64,000 nucleotides of DNA from Guillardia theta CCMP2712 (taxonomy: Eukaryota; Protista; Cryptophyta), in NCBI RefSeq assembly GCF_000315625.1, contig NW_005434654.1, positions 362,997 through 426,996 on the forward strand, written 5' to 3'. Shown piece by piece: positions 13,329 to 24,800 of the stretch. The notes under the pieces are model-generated. The model was not told the origin of the DNA, searched no databases, and worked only from the letters and a program-made list of their open reading frames with translations. Position 1 is the first letter of the stretch, and every line of letters begins with the position of its first letter. The position numbers and the translations under genes are program-made.

Positions 13329-13449
13329 AGGTCTCAGCTATCAGCGCACGGTGAGGTCTGAAAGGCCTCTCGTGCTCTCTGAGATGCAGACTTTGCTCGC
13401 TGGCTGGTGTTGCTTGTCAGATTCTGCTGGGTTACAAGGCTGATCGCCG

Positions 13450-15811
13450 TCATTGTATATTTATTGCCCGGATCGAGGGGTGGTGATTACTCGAATCGTT
13501 GCTGTGGAAACGTTTTCGGAGGAAGAATTGTTTGAATTGGCCACTTACGTGACATGTCGTCGTGTTCGCAAAACTTTCTTTAAAGTACTTGGTAAACTTG
13601 AAAAGAATGCATCGTGAGATCAACAAATACGCGTGTGTTAAATTTTTAATCAATGATTACGAAACCTTGAAGCTCTTCAACGAATCCTGATTGTACGTTC
13701 AAAAAGCAACACAGCTCCACAGAAGGCGGCTAACCTTGGTGAGTACAAGCCTCTTATCGTCGGACATAACCACCCCCCTCTCTCTCAGGAAGCGAAAGCA
13801 TTGTTTACGCTGTCACATCAGGTATGAGCTGCCGACATACTCTCTCACTAGAGTTAAATTGGCAAGTACCTTCTCGAAGCACAACATGTGCTTCAGGTCG
13901 TCAAGATGTATGTCGGGCTGCTAAGGGTGAGATTTCACACATTAACTCATCCGTGCGACACCTGGCATGCCTTGATATAAGTCTGCAAGGCCGTTTCCCG
14001 GACTCGGTCCTGAGGTCAAGCATCGTCATGTCGAGCAAGTTAAAGCACAAAGGAAAGTGAAAAACTCACAACGAAAAAATCGATCACATGCCCAGCCATC
14101 TTGGGAGCATTTGCATACAGACGGAAAAAAGTAGAAAAATCTCTGTCGAGCATTCAGCAGGGAAGTAGAAATGTAGGATCCAGGGCAACCTAGCCATTAG
14201 CGACTTCCCTACTGAGATGGCAAAATGGATGTCTGAGTCCGACCTGATCGAGCAAGTAAGCATACAGAATGCCTTAAAGAACAAGACCTACCTTTGTTCA
14301 GGAGAAATTCTACATAATTCACAAGAGATGTTTTCAAGGAGGTCTTTTTCTAATCTCATTCCATGTAGCATCCTGTCCCATCGCCATAAGTGCTCGCTCC
14401 CGCAGATCACATTATTGTTGATCTCACCGATATGCAATGAACTCGTTCGTGAAAGGACTCCAAGTCTCGCCTGAACATACAAACGGTTGATGAGATGTCG
14501 CTCTGCTAGCACCATCGAATTCACCATGCAAGATAGCACTATGGTACAATGATGATAGTGATGACAGGCATCTTGTGAACTCCGCTGCACTACGGTCAGC
14601 GCCTGATGAAGTTTTTGGGTTCAGGAGTCATTTCACCGAGATCGGCTCTTTCAAGAGCAATACGAATGTGTGTTTCTGAAGAGAACAGGAAGTGAAATGC
14701 AGCGCACTATCCGTAGGTGGACAAAACATACCATAAGCATCACAAGCTATCGTCCCCTCAATTCCTTGTAGTTTGCAATCCTAGAGCACAGAAATAAGAT
14801 CTTGGCCAACACTCTGGTGCATTGTACTTGTTGGATTGCCATGAGCTGTTCTGTCGCATGTGGAAAATCCTGCGAGACAGCTTGTTATTTTCATTCTCCA
14901 CCTGAAAAATTCCGAGTGACCCGCACCTGGTTTTCAATCCACTTTTTCTTCACCAATCTATGGAGGTCGTCAAACCACCACACGACCCGAATCGAATCAG
15001 ACGCACTTCAGCGCTTCCACCAAGATGTGCTGGGGACGAATCGTGCTGGGGTCGGGGACGAAGTGGAGTCGCAGGTACGGCCTTGGTGCAATAAGTACAA
15101 GATGGGATGACGAAACTAGGCTCACCGCTCGAGCTCTTTGGAGGTTCCTTTGATTGAGCCTGGAACAACAACATCACCTGGTCGAGACTTCTTGAATGTT
15201 CATTACCGGCCTTTGCTCCTCCTGTGCCGAGCTGTAGCTTCGGTGCGTTGTACGCACCCCCTGGTCTCAGGGTCAGAACTCGGGGAGTACGAGGATGAAG
15301 GAGCGCTACCCGCACCCTTCAACGAGACCAAGCGCTTCCCGCCATTGTCGCTCGAGAATCGCTGATCTCTATCGTCCAATGCTGGCGGTTCCAACCCGAT
15401 TCAACACCAAATGCGCTCAAATCGCATCTCACCTTCAGCCGACAAGTCCACCCCGGTCGTTGAGACAGCGCTCGACGTCAACTTCACAACACCAGAACGA
15501 GGCTGTACCTAGGATCTCGTCAGACAACGCGCGATCCACAAACATCAAACCGCTGCGCTCGCTGTCGAGTTCAATTTCAGAATCTTCCTCTCGACAGAGA
15601 GGTCAGTCGAGGGGGACCGCTTCGCCGGAATCTGCATCAGGAACATGCATCAGTCATCAGCTTTCGTTCAAAACTCTGCTCATCTGCATCGATCGTTCTG
15701 AATATCTATCTATACCTGACAGGTCCCCCCTGTCTTCCCAAAGACTCTGGCTCGTAGGTTCTCTGCTACCTGCCCGTCTACCTCTGCAGACCTGGCTGCA
15801 AGGTTGTTCAT
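13450..15811 (-). CDS. Hypothetical protein (multi-exon; boundaries uncertain)
   Basis: ATG at 15811 (MNNLAARSAEVDGQ...) followed by plausible exons with GT-AG borders down to a stop at 13450. No family recognised. Confidence 0.4.
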
Positions 15812-16330
15812 GTCTGCTTCTGAGCGACTGACTCACTGACTAGCCAGTAGTCGATCTATCAATCTCACTTGACTCTCGTCCTCCTCCTCGCCTCCGTCCC
15901 TCTCCTCCATCGTCCCTCCATCCACTCACCGCTGTTGCCATGCGGCCAACCCTGGCCCAACCCCCGACTATCATACTACCTACCCTACCTGTCGGATCTA
16001 CACATGACTACCCCTGTCATATCCATGGGTTGTGTAACCAAAGAACCCCTGCTCACATGAAATGTGCCTACCCCACCCCCTCAATGGATGTGATCTTCCC
16101 CTTCTAGGAGCAGGTTTTGAATCTGTCAACTTGACCCCCTAACTTTCCCCTAACTTCACCAAAAATGACCAGGTACAGGAGTACCCCTACCCCCTCTTTG
16201 ACGAAAATTCGATTCAATTCGGTCAAAACCGAGAAAGCGAGGAATTAAATCGAATTAGCCGATTTCAATCGGTTTCGATCAAACCTCGCTTTCTAAAAAA
16301 AGCCGCTCGTGCGATTGCAAGTCACTCGCG

Positions 16331-17552
16331 ATGGGTGAGACGCCGCGTGCTCGATGAATATGCTGCCTGCGGCATGCTCCCCCTGCTCCCTCCCTCCTTC
16401 TCCCTGATCCATGTCCCTCTCGTGCTCTCTGTCCTCTGTTCTGCTTCGTTTCTCTCCTCGCACCCCTTCTCCGTGAGGACAGACGTTCCAGCTGCGCCAT
16501 GCATGGGAAATGTTTGCCTTGGATTTTCTTGTGCTGCAGTTGATCTTTCAATGCCTTATTCACTGCGATATGGTCTTCTTTCATTATCAATCCTACAACG
16601 CTATCAAATGCACATGTAGCTGTCATCTTTGATCGCCTAAACGATGTCTTGTTGCCTTGTTCACATGTAATGCGACATCGTCGAGGCTCTCAAAGCCATC
16701 TGTCTTGCCAGTGACTGGCCGAACCACGTTCCAGGACGAAAGTGGTTTTATCATGTGTAGCTTGCTCTGAATTTTACCTGGTTGGAGAATGCGATGTCCC
16801 GATACTAGAACGCAAGCATTGTCTCTGTTGCAGGATCAAAGGGTGTGCGGGAATGTTTAAGAAATGGAACAAATCTTCACTGCACGTGTTGCTTGTCTGC
16901 ATTCATTTATTTCATCTGTGTTCCACTATGTTGCAGTAGAAGAATGTTCTGGGTGGTTTCATTTTTTTGCGGTTGATGTTCTCGGTTTGACTCACCTATC
17001 CCCACCTATCCCTACCTGGTTGTGCTTCGTCTTTGTGCTTGTGTTTGCTCGCTCGTAGTATCACTGACATGCAGGCAGGTAAGCCCCACGGTCTTCGCAC
17101 TGGTCGTAAGTTGCGCCTCGTGCGCCGTATCAACAACTGGGCGGACAAGGGATACAAACGCGCACATTTGGGCAAGGAATGGGCCAAGCCCTTTGCCGGA
17201 TGCTCCCACGCGAAGGGAATCGTTCTCGAGAAGATGTGAGATGCGATTGACTTCTGAGTTGCTCTTGTCTGACTCTGTTTGCAGTGGTATCGAGTCCAAG
17301 CAGCCTAACTCTGCCGTTCGTAAGTGCGTTCGTGTGCAGCTCATCAAGAACGGTAAGAAGATTGCCGCCTTCGTTCCCAACGATGGTTGCTTGAACTTCA
17401 TCGACGAGAACGACGAGGTTCTCGTTGCCGGGTTCGGTCGCAGTGGACACGCTAAGGGAGATATTCCCGGTGTTCGTTTCAAGATTGTGAAGGTGTCTGG
17501 TGTTGCACTTCTTGCGTTGTTCAAGGAGAAGAAGGAGAAGCCTCGTTCTTAA
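16331..17552 (+). CDS. RPS23: 40S ribosomal protein S23 (uS12); exons 16331-16334, 17079-17235, 17285-17552
   Basis: Splices to [13 protein letters not shown]...[10 protein letters not shown]|[52 protein letters not shown]...KEKKEKPRS*. Confidence 0.97.
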
Positions 17553-17726
17553 ATCATGAAATATTTCAACTTTAGGAATAAAAAGCGAAAAGTGTACTTG
17601 TGTAGTGTGTTAAAGAAGAGATCATCTCACCGTCCAAAGTCTATCACGTCATATTTTCCAGCAACTAATTTGGCATGCAACATGTACACAGCAATTCGTC
17701 AAGCAATTCTTGAACTCACGCTGAGT

Positions 17727-19313
17727 TCACCGAACGTACGCCACAGCCAGAGGTTTCGTCGACACCCACTCTTTCTGTCTGAATGGATCGCTTGCTTTCT
17801 TGGCTGGTTTCTTCACAACGAGGGGCTTAAGCGTTCCCAGCAGCTCGGGGCACAGCTTTCGTAGTTCATCGACATTCCCTCCCCCGGTTTCTAAGGCGCG
17901 AATCGCTATCTTTCCCTTGCTTCCAACGCCACAATCTGCGAAGTAGATCGATCGGAGCGGCGATTCCGGCATAATTCCACTGAGCAGGAGTAGGACGCCT
18001 TCCATACCAATGGGATTGCCGTTAAGGTTCAAGTCCAGAAGGCTTGTGTTCATGGACAGCGTCCGTGCGAAGAACTCACAAGCGTCAAGCCCTACATCGT
18101 TCTTAGACAGATCGAGTTTCGTAACGCTGCACCCTGCACGCAGAGCAAGAGCTAGAGCCTTCGCTCCTGCTGAACCGAATCTGTTCCAGGCAAGACGAAT
18201 AGCTTTTATAGACTTGCTGCTCTGCAGCAACTTCACCAGCGCATCACCATTGCGGAGGCTGTTCCACGTAAGGTCGAGCTCCTCGAGCGAAATGATGGTT
18301 GCCAGCGCTTCGAACAGGCCGGAAGCTGCATGGTCGCTGATGGCATTCGATCTCAACCCTAGAACTCTCACAGTCTCATTGCCCGACAGACACGAAGAAA
18401 GAAGTTGAGCTCCCTTGTCCTCCAGCTTGCACTCACTCAAATCTAGCACCTCGATGCAGCACTCCTTCGAAGTCAGGCAGCAGGACAGATGCTGAACGGC
18501 TTCTCCAAGGTTGTTGGAGCTCAAGTATAGCTCTCTGACACTCTTCGATTGCGCAATCGCCTTGGACATGGCAGTCAAGCCTTCCAACCCGATGTTGTTG
18601 TCCTCCAGGTGCAGCACCTCCAGGCTTGTGTTGGCCCGCACGAAGGAGGCGAGAGCGACGCACCCACGGTTCCCCATCCCCCGACTTTTCAAATCGATCC
18701 TGTGGAGGGAGCTCAAGTTTTGCACTAACTTTGTGATGGGAGCTGTCCTCATTGAGTAACAGGTTGACAAATACTCCTCGATGGCTCGGGTGCGAACCGA
18801 CCCTTCGTTGTCCACTGCGTCCTGAATGCAGCCAGGTTCAGCGTCACTGCAGAAACTGCAAAAGCTTCCTTCCAGTCGTCTGGTGGAAACATCTAGGGAT
18901 GATGTCGTGGAGTGATGTCTGTCAGGGAGTTTGTCCAACTTGAAAACAGGAACGTCCGCTCTGTTCGTAACAACCTTCAGGCGCAGATGCTGGTTCTTGT
19001 CGAAGCCAGCCGGGCTTCTTGGGGCGATCTTGACAAAGTCAACCTCGTACATGGCTTCATCGAAATCGAAAATGTTCTCCGAGCCCGCGATGCTCTCTGT
19101 ACTTCTCCTCACCGAATCCCTCCCTGTATTCGCAAGCCTGTCCAACAAAAACTCCTCGTGGTTGTCTAGGGGAGGCAACAGCTGCAGAGGAAAGCTTTCC
19201 TCTGAAGCAACTATTCTTACACAGTCATTGTCTTCCGTCATCAGCTCAAATGGCTCCCATGATCCCCTGCCGGGCTGCTGCATCGCTCCCTCTCCCTGCC
19301 CCTCCTCTCCCAT
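17727..19313 (-). CDS. RNI-like leucine-rich-repeat protein (LRRC74/NLRC3-like), apparently single exon
   Basis: 528-aa ORF with ~28-aa LRRs (LEVLHLEDNNIGLEG, VRELYLSSNNLGEA, IEVLDLSECKLEDKG, LEELDLTWNSL, VTKLDLSKNDVG, LLDLNLNGNPIG). Confidence 0.85.
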   Translation of the reverse strand: MGEEGQGEGAMQQPGRGSWEPFELMTEDNDCVRIVASEESFPLQLLPPLDNHEEFLLDRLANTGRDSVRRSTESIAGSENIFDFDEAMYEVDFVKIAPRSPAGFDKNQHLRLKVVTNRADVPVFKLDKLPDRHHSTTSSLDVSTRRLEGSFCSFCSDAEPGCIQDAVDNEGSVRTRAIEEYLSTCYSMRTAPITKLVQNLSSLHRIDLKSRGMGNRGCVALASFVRANTSLEVLHLEDNNIGLEGLTAMSKAIAQSKSVRELYLSSNNLGEAVQHLSCCLTSKECCIEVLDLSECKLEDKGAQLLSSCLSGNETVRVLGLRSNAISDHAASGLFEALATIISLEELDLTWNSLRNGDALVKLLQSSKSIKAIRLAWNRFGSAGAKALALALRAGCSVTKLDLSKNDVGLDACEFFARTLSMNTSLLDLNLNGNPIGMEGVLLLLSGIMPESPLRSIYFADCGVGSKGKIAIRALETGGGNVDELRKLCPELLGTLKPLVVKKPAKKASDPFRQKEWVSTKPLAVAYVR

Positions 19314-19489
19314 TTTTGACGAGGTTTACAACGCCAACGGCACGCCACCCCCTTTCGGAGCAACCCACCCACCCCGAACCTGCTACTTCCCCCTTTTTCA
19401 GACCATTTTTAGCTGTAAATCACCCGTACACCAAGTACCCTACCCTACGATGGTTGCTAGGAGGTAAGGACTATTCACACTCTTTAGGA

Positions 19490-20020
19490 GCCCCGAGTGA
19501 CAGCAGAGTCAGTCACTGAGTCAGGACGGTCGGTCCGATGGTCGGACAGCCGACTTGTGACCTGACCATGACTCATCATTCAGCTCATGGTGGTCACATG
19601 AGTTGCAGCTTCACGCCGTGATTGACGGCGGCCGGTCATCCGAGCCGGGGCGTGGGACTCAGGGCCCCGATGAGTCAGCCGGGGCGTCGGACAGTGACCC
19701 GCCGCATGCCGCAGCCCGGCGCTGAGCCTCACTGCGACGGTCTGCCCGGCCGGGCCCAGCGACTCAGTCTGAGTCAGACTCACAGAGTCAGTGAGAATTC
19801 CGGGCCCGGGGGTCCCGGACACGGGCCGTGCCAGGACGGCCAAGTTGGCCCCCCCCGGACTCAGTGAGGGCCGAGCGGCCCCGGGCCGCCGCCGATCACC
19901 GGGACGCCGACGCCGCGGCACGCCGGTGCCCGGCCGGCCCGGCCGCCTCTCGGTGACTGGCGGGCCTGAGACTCTCACCGTTCTCGGACGGCTGCACTGC
20001 CCGCATCCGAGTCAAGTTTT
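19490..20020. promoter_or_regulatory. GC-rich palindromic intergenic island between divergent LRR and channel genes
   Basis: Dense CCGG/GGCC/CCCGGG words plus repeated TGAGTC/GACTCA. Similar blocks occur at about 47990-48400, 55930-56040 and 63670-64000. Confidence 0.5.
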
Positions 20021-20055
20021 TGACAGGCGGGTCAAATCACTGGGACCCTCCTGCC

Positions 20056-21836
20056 ATGTCCGGGCAAGTGACATGGATGGAGAAGAGGAGGAGGAGGAGG
20101 AGAAGGAAGAAGGATAGAGGAGGGGAGAGCTTTAGGGTATCCACCCATGACGAGGACATGGTGGGAGATGATAGTTCCAGTGTGCGATCAGTTCAATCTC
20201 TGGCGGGGGTGGCTGGACCGGACGTGGTACCATCCCTACTAGCAGGGGGTGGCCATGGGCTGGACCTGTCAAGGTTCGACAAGGACCGTCTTCGTCTCTC
20301 TCGACATTTTGAAAGGGAGGCATCCAAGAGAGCATACGCTGTTTGGATCAGCGATTCCGAGCGGAGCACGTATGACAACAACCCGATGATTCTTACTCTC
20401 AGCGAGCCCGCGATCCATGGCGGAGAGAGCTTTCTAGTGCTCTTCCCACGGAAAAAGACAGATTTCCAGGAGATCCGCAGGACTGTTCTCGAGTTTGTCT
20501 TGCTGACGCCAGTCGTCAACGACAAGATGAAACTGAAAGATTTGGCGAATTTCTTCATTTCAGAATTCTGTGCTGAGATCCGGGGGGAACGCGACAAGAT
20601 CCGCTTGAAGGACATCAGCTCTGACGCGAGTAGGATCACGCTGATACTAGAAGAAGATGTTTGTCCCTCGCGAGATTTGTCACAGGTCATCATGAGGTTC
20701 AGAAATCAGATCGGGAGCCCCTTCTCTCAGCTCAACGACAAGATGTTGCTGAGTAAGATCATGGGTATCAACTTCCCCAAGGAGAAACTTTCCGCTGCGG
20801 CGAGAAGGAGGCAGAAGAATCAGCTCACAGGCGATAGAGCGCAGCAGGACATGTCTTCGAGGATGTTGAGATTGAGCTTGCGAGATGTCACGTATGTGCA
20901 CGACAGCGATGATCTGCATGTTGATGTTGCGACCGCAAGCAAGTTCGGGAACATTCTCGTGAAATTCCAGAGCGAGTCGGAAAAGCGTCAGTTCCTCGTC
21001 GCGTTTGAAGGAGCGTACGAGCCAAAGGACGAGTCGAAGCCTGCCGAAGATGTCCTGGAGGACCGCTCTGAGCTGGAACCGTCGCTCCTGCCAAGAAAGC
21101 TGCTGCTGGCCGAAGAGCTGGAGGATTACTTCAAGAGCAGTGCTTCTCAGGTAGACTTCACGACGCTGCAGCACTTGGAGCATGTCGGGAGGAGGCAGTG
21201 GGCGACGAAGTCTCGGACGATGTACAACAATCCACACGAGATCATATCCAAGACCCGTTTGCTCTCTACGAACGAGCTAGGCCTCGTGGGGAACTTTGAA
21301 ATCGAAGGGAAGGAGGAGGAGGAGGAGGAGCAAGACGATATCGAGCTGGGAGATTTGCATGCGTTGCCTGCGGAGTCGGAGCCGATTGTTGGAGAAGGAG
21401 CAGGACATGAAGGGAAGGGACAAGACGCGGGGGACGACGGGGAGACGCTGGAAGAGGAGGCGATGATGGAGGTACTTCAGGATGAGGAGGAAGGACGGAG
21501 GACCCTTGTTAGGAGGGAGGAAGACCTGAGGTCTCAGACTCTCAGATGGATGTCTGAACGAGCCATGCAGAAGGAGTGGTTGGAGATCCGACCGATCCCC
21601 TTGTCTCAGTACTGTGACTGGGGCTTCTGGTTCCTGGCAGCGGACAGGAACTTTCAAGATCTGGAGGAGAGGTCCCTGTTTCTCTTCAGCAAGCGGAACC
21701 CAGTCCGCCTCCTCTGTCTCCATCTCATCCGCTCTCGCTTCTGGCTCGCACTAGTGCCTGTGGTGGTCTTGGCCAACGTCGCCTTGCTCGCTGCTGGGGA
21801 TCCCCTCGACAACCCCGACCTGATCCCTGTGAGTTA

Positions 21837-21886
<50 letters not shown>

Positions 21887-24800
21887 TAGTCAGCCAGCCA
21901 GCCAGCCAGTCAGTCAGTCAGTCAGTCAGTCAGTCAGTCAGTCAGTCAGTCAGTCAGTCAGTCGTTATGATGTCAACTCATTCTCTTCTCTTCTCGCTCT
22001 TTTCTGACGAGCCCTGCGCTGCTCGCAGGTTTCTGCCACCCGGGCGAACATGGAGGTCGCGTCCTTTGTCTTCAACATCTTCTTCATCCTGGAAGCGAGC
22101 ATGAACATCATCGCCTACGGCTTCATTGTTGGGTCAACGTCCTACCTCCGCCAGTCCGAGAACGTCGTTGACTTTGGCATCGTCTTGACAAGCCTCGTCG
22201 ACATCCTAAGCGCCTCCTCCAGCAACCTTACCGCCCTCAGGAGCATCCGAGCTGTCCGCCCCCTCCGCATCCTCAGCAGGTCCCAGTCCCTCAAGGAGCT
22301 CCTCTCCATCCTCGTGCGCGCCGTTCCCGTCCTGCTCGCCGCCCTCTTCATCTGCCTCCTCTGCCTCTTCATAGGTGAGGCTGGGGAGACCCGACAGCTG
22401 GGCGGGTGCTGGGCCAAGGGCTGACAACTCTGTCCAGGGTCCATCATAGGAGTCCTCTTCTTCAAGGGGCTGCTCCGTTCGCGCTGCTACTCGACGTCTG
22501 ACGGGCGCCTGCTGGGCTCGCAGCAAGTGTGCTTCCTGCAGCTGGGGCAGAACAGCACAAACTTCCCCTTCATCGGCAACCCTTACTTCTGCCCCGAGGG
22601 TTTCCACTGCCTGCAGCTTTTTGCCAACCCGGGAAGCGGGTTTGACAACTTCGACAACGCGGGGTAGTCTTGACGTTGATGACGCTGCTCTTGCTCCCTC
22701 CCATGGCCCCTGTCCACCATCTCTCTACCTTCCAGCCTCCTTCCTGCCATTCCCTCTCCTTGCTCTAAGATCTGTTCTGTTCACACTCCTCCGCTTGTCT
22801 TCGAGTGACTTTCAGTTGCTTTGCAGGTATGCTTTCTCCGTCCTGGTTCAGGTGAACAACAGCCTCGTCCTCTCCCTCCTGCTTCTTGCTCCCCCCTCCC
22901 CCGTGCTCTCCTGCTCTCCTGCTCTCCTGCTCTCCTGCTCTCCTGCTCCCTTCCCCTCGTTACTCCTCCTCCTGACCCCCTTCACTCAGGTTTTCACCAT
23001 GTCGGGATGGTCCAACGTCATGTTTGACATTCAAGACGCAATCTCCCCCATGAGTTCCCTCTACTTCCTTGGCCACCTCGTCATCGGCCCCCTCCAAGTT
23101 CTCTCCTTCTGCCTCGCCTACATCAGCGCCAGGCTGGTCCAGCAGAGGAGGACGGAGTTCCTGCGCAGGGAGAAAGCCATCTACCGGCGATGGACCAACG
23201 CTTTCCTGCACGTCATGTTGGAGACTTTCCAGGTGCTTCCTCCCCCCGCCTCCTCCCTCTCCTTCAATCCTCTGCATGCCCTCCGCTCTTTGCATGCCTC
23301 CCTTTCCTTCTCCTCTCTACCTACTCGCAGCTTGTTCTTTTCCCTTCGCTGACCTGAACGCACTTGATCGACTTCTTTCTTGAGCAACGTTTCCATTCCA
23401 ATAACCTCCTCCTCCTCCTCCTCCTCCTCCTCTTCCCTCCCTCCCTCCCTCCCTCCCTCCCTCCCTCCTGACGATAGCTCCTATCAGGAGCGCTGCGAGC
23501 TGCGTAAGATTCTGCGGACAAACTTCCTCCTCTTCCGCTTGTTCAAGAGGACTTACCTGCATCGGATCGAAGACGCCATCAGCACATGGCACCAGGAGGC
23601 GTTCTTCCGCCGAGTCTTGCGAGGAGACCGAGGGCAGCAGTTTCTCTTCTACACCTCCTCCCGCTTCGAGAGGAAGTACCGCAGAAACCCCTGGCAGGCC
23701 TGGAAGTACGCCGTGCTCGTCATGCACAGGCGCGTGCAGAAGCTGCTGGAGGAGGAGATCGAGAAGTCGAGAGAGAAGGGAGGAGGACTCGTGCAGTTCG
23801 ACGTGATCGGGTAAGGAGTGAGGGAGCGAGGGAGGGGAGGGACGGGAGGGAGGGATGGGAGGGAGTGAGGGAGGGGAGGGAGGGAGCGAGGGAGGGGAGG
23901 CTCCATGCCTGTCTCTACCTAGGGATGTGAGGGGAGGGGAGGGAGGGGAGGGAGGGAGTGAGGGGAGCGAGCGAGGGAGGGAAGGGAGGGGATGGAGGGG
24001 AGGGGAGGGAGGGATCGCTCGGCTCGCTGACAGGATCATGGGCAGGAGGCCGATAGTGACGAGGAGGCTGAGGCAAGAGCTGAGGAAGAGAATCATCAAG
24101 TCCGACGAGGTGAAGGAGCGGCTGCAGGGCAGCGACATCAGCAACTACTACCTCGAGCAGCTGAAGCTGCGCATGTCGGAGAGGAAGCACTTTTTCAGGA
24201 AGAAGCTGCGGCAGGTAGGAGGGTGGCTTGACGAGAAGCTCCGAGCGCTGGCCTGCTCGTCTTTCCTGAACGGGCTAGTGATGTTGGTCGCTATCCTCAA
24301 CACGCTCGTCCTCTGCCTCGAGCACGAGTACGAGAGCAACCTGGGGGACTACTGGTCCTCGGAGAGCAAGTGGATGCGGTTCGAAGCAGGCATCTCCTTC
24401 ACCATGGTCGCCTTCTCCTCCGTCTTCTACCTGGAGGTTGCGATCAAGGCCGTCGGGCTGCGCAGCGAGTACGTCCTGCGCTACGACCCCGTCAAGAACG
24501 TCAAGGTAGTCGAGGTGCTGAACATCGTCGACATCCTCGTCACCGCCCTCTCCGCCCTCGAGTTCCTCCCGCTCATCAGGCAGGGAAGGTGCCTCCTCCG
24601 CGCCGCTCACTACATGGAGTGCCGCAAGGGCCAGGTCGGCCTCTCGTTCCTCCGCATCCTCCGCCTCCTCCGCATCCTCCGCCTCGCCCGGCTGATCCGC
24701 CACTTCCCGTCGCTGAAGCTGCAGCTGAGGAGCATCATCCTGGTGGGCAGGAAGGTGGGAGGGCTCATCGTCGTCCTATCAGTCTTTATCTTCATCTACT

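Noticed and set aside
16700-16750. Hammerhead-like GGACGAAA with flanking stem
   Set aside because: No CTGANGA core or three-stem arrangement found.
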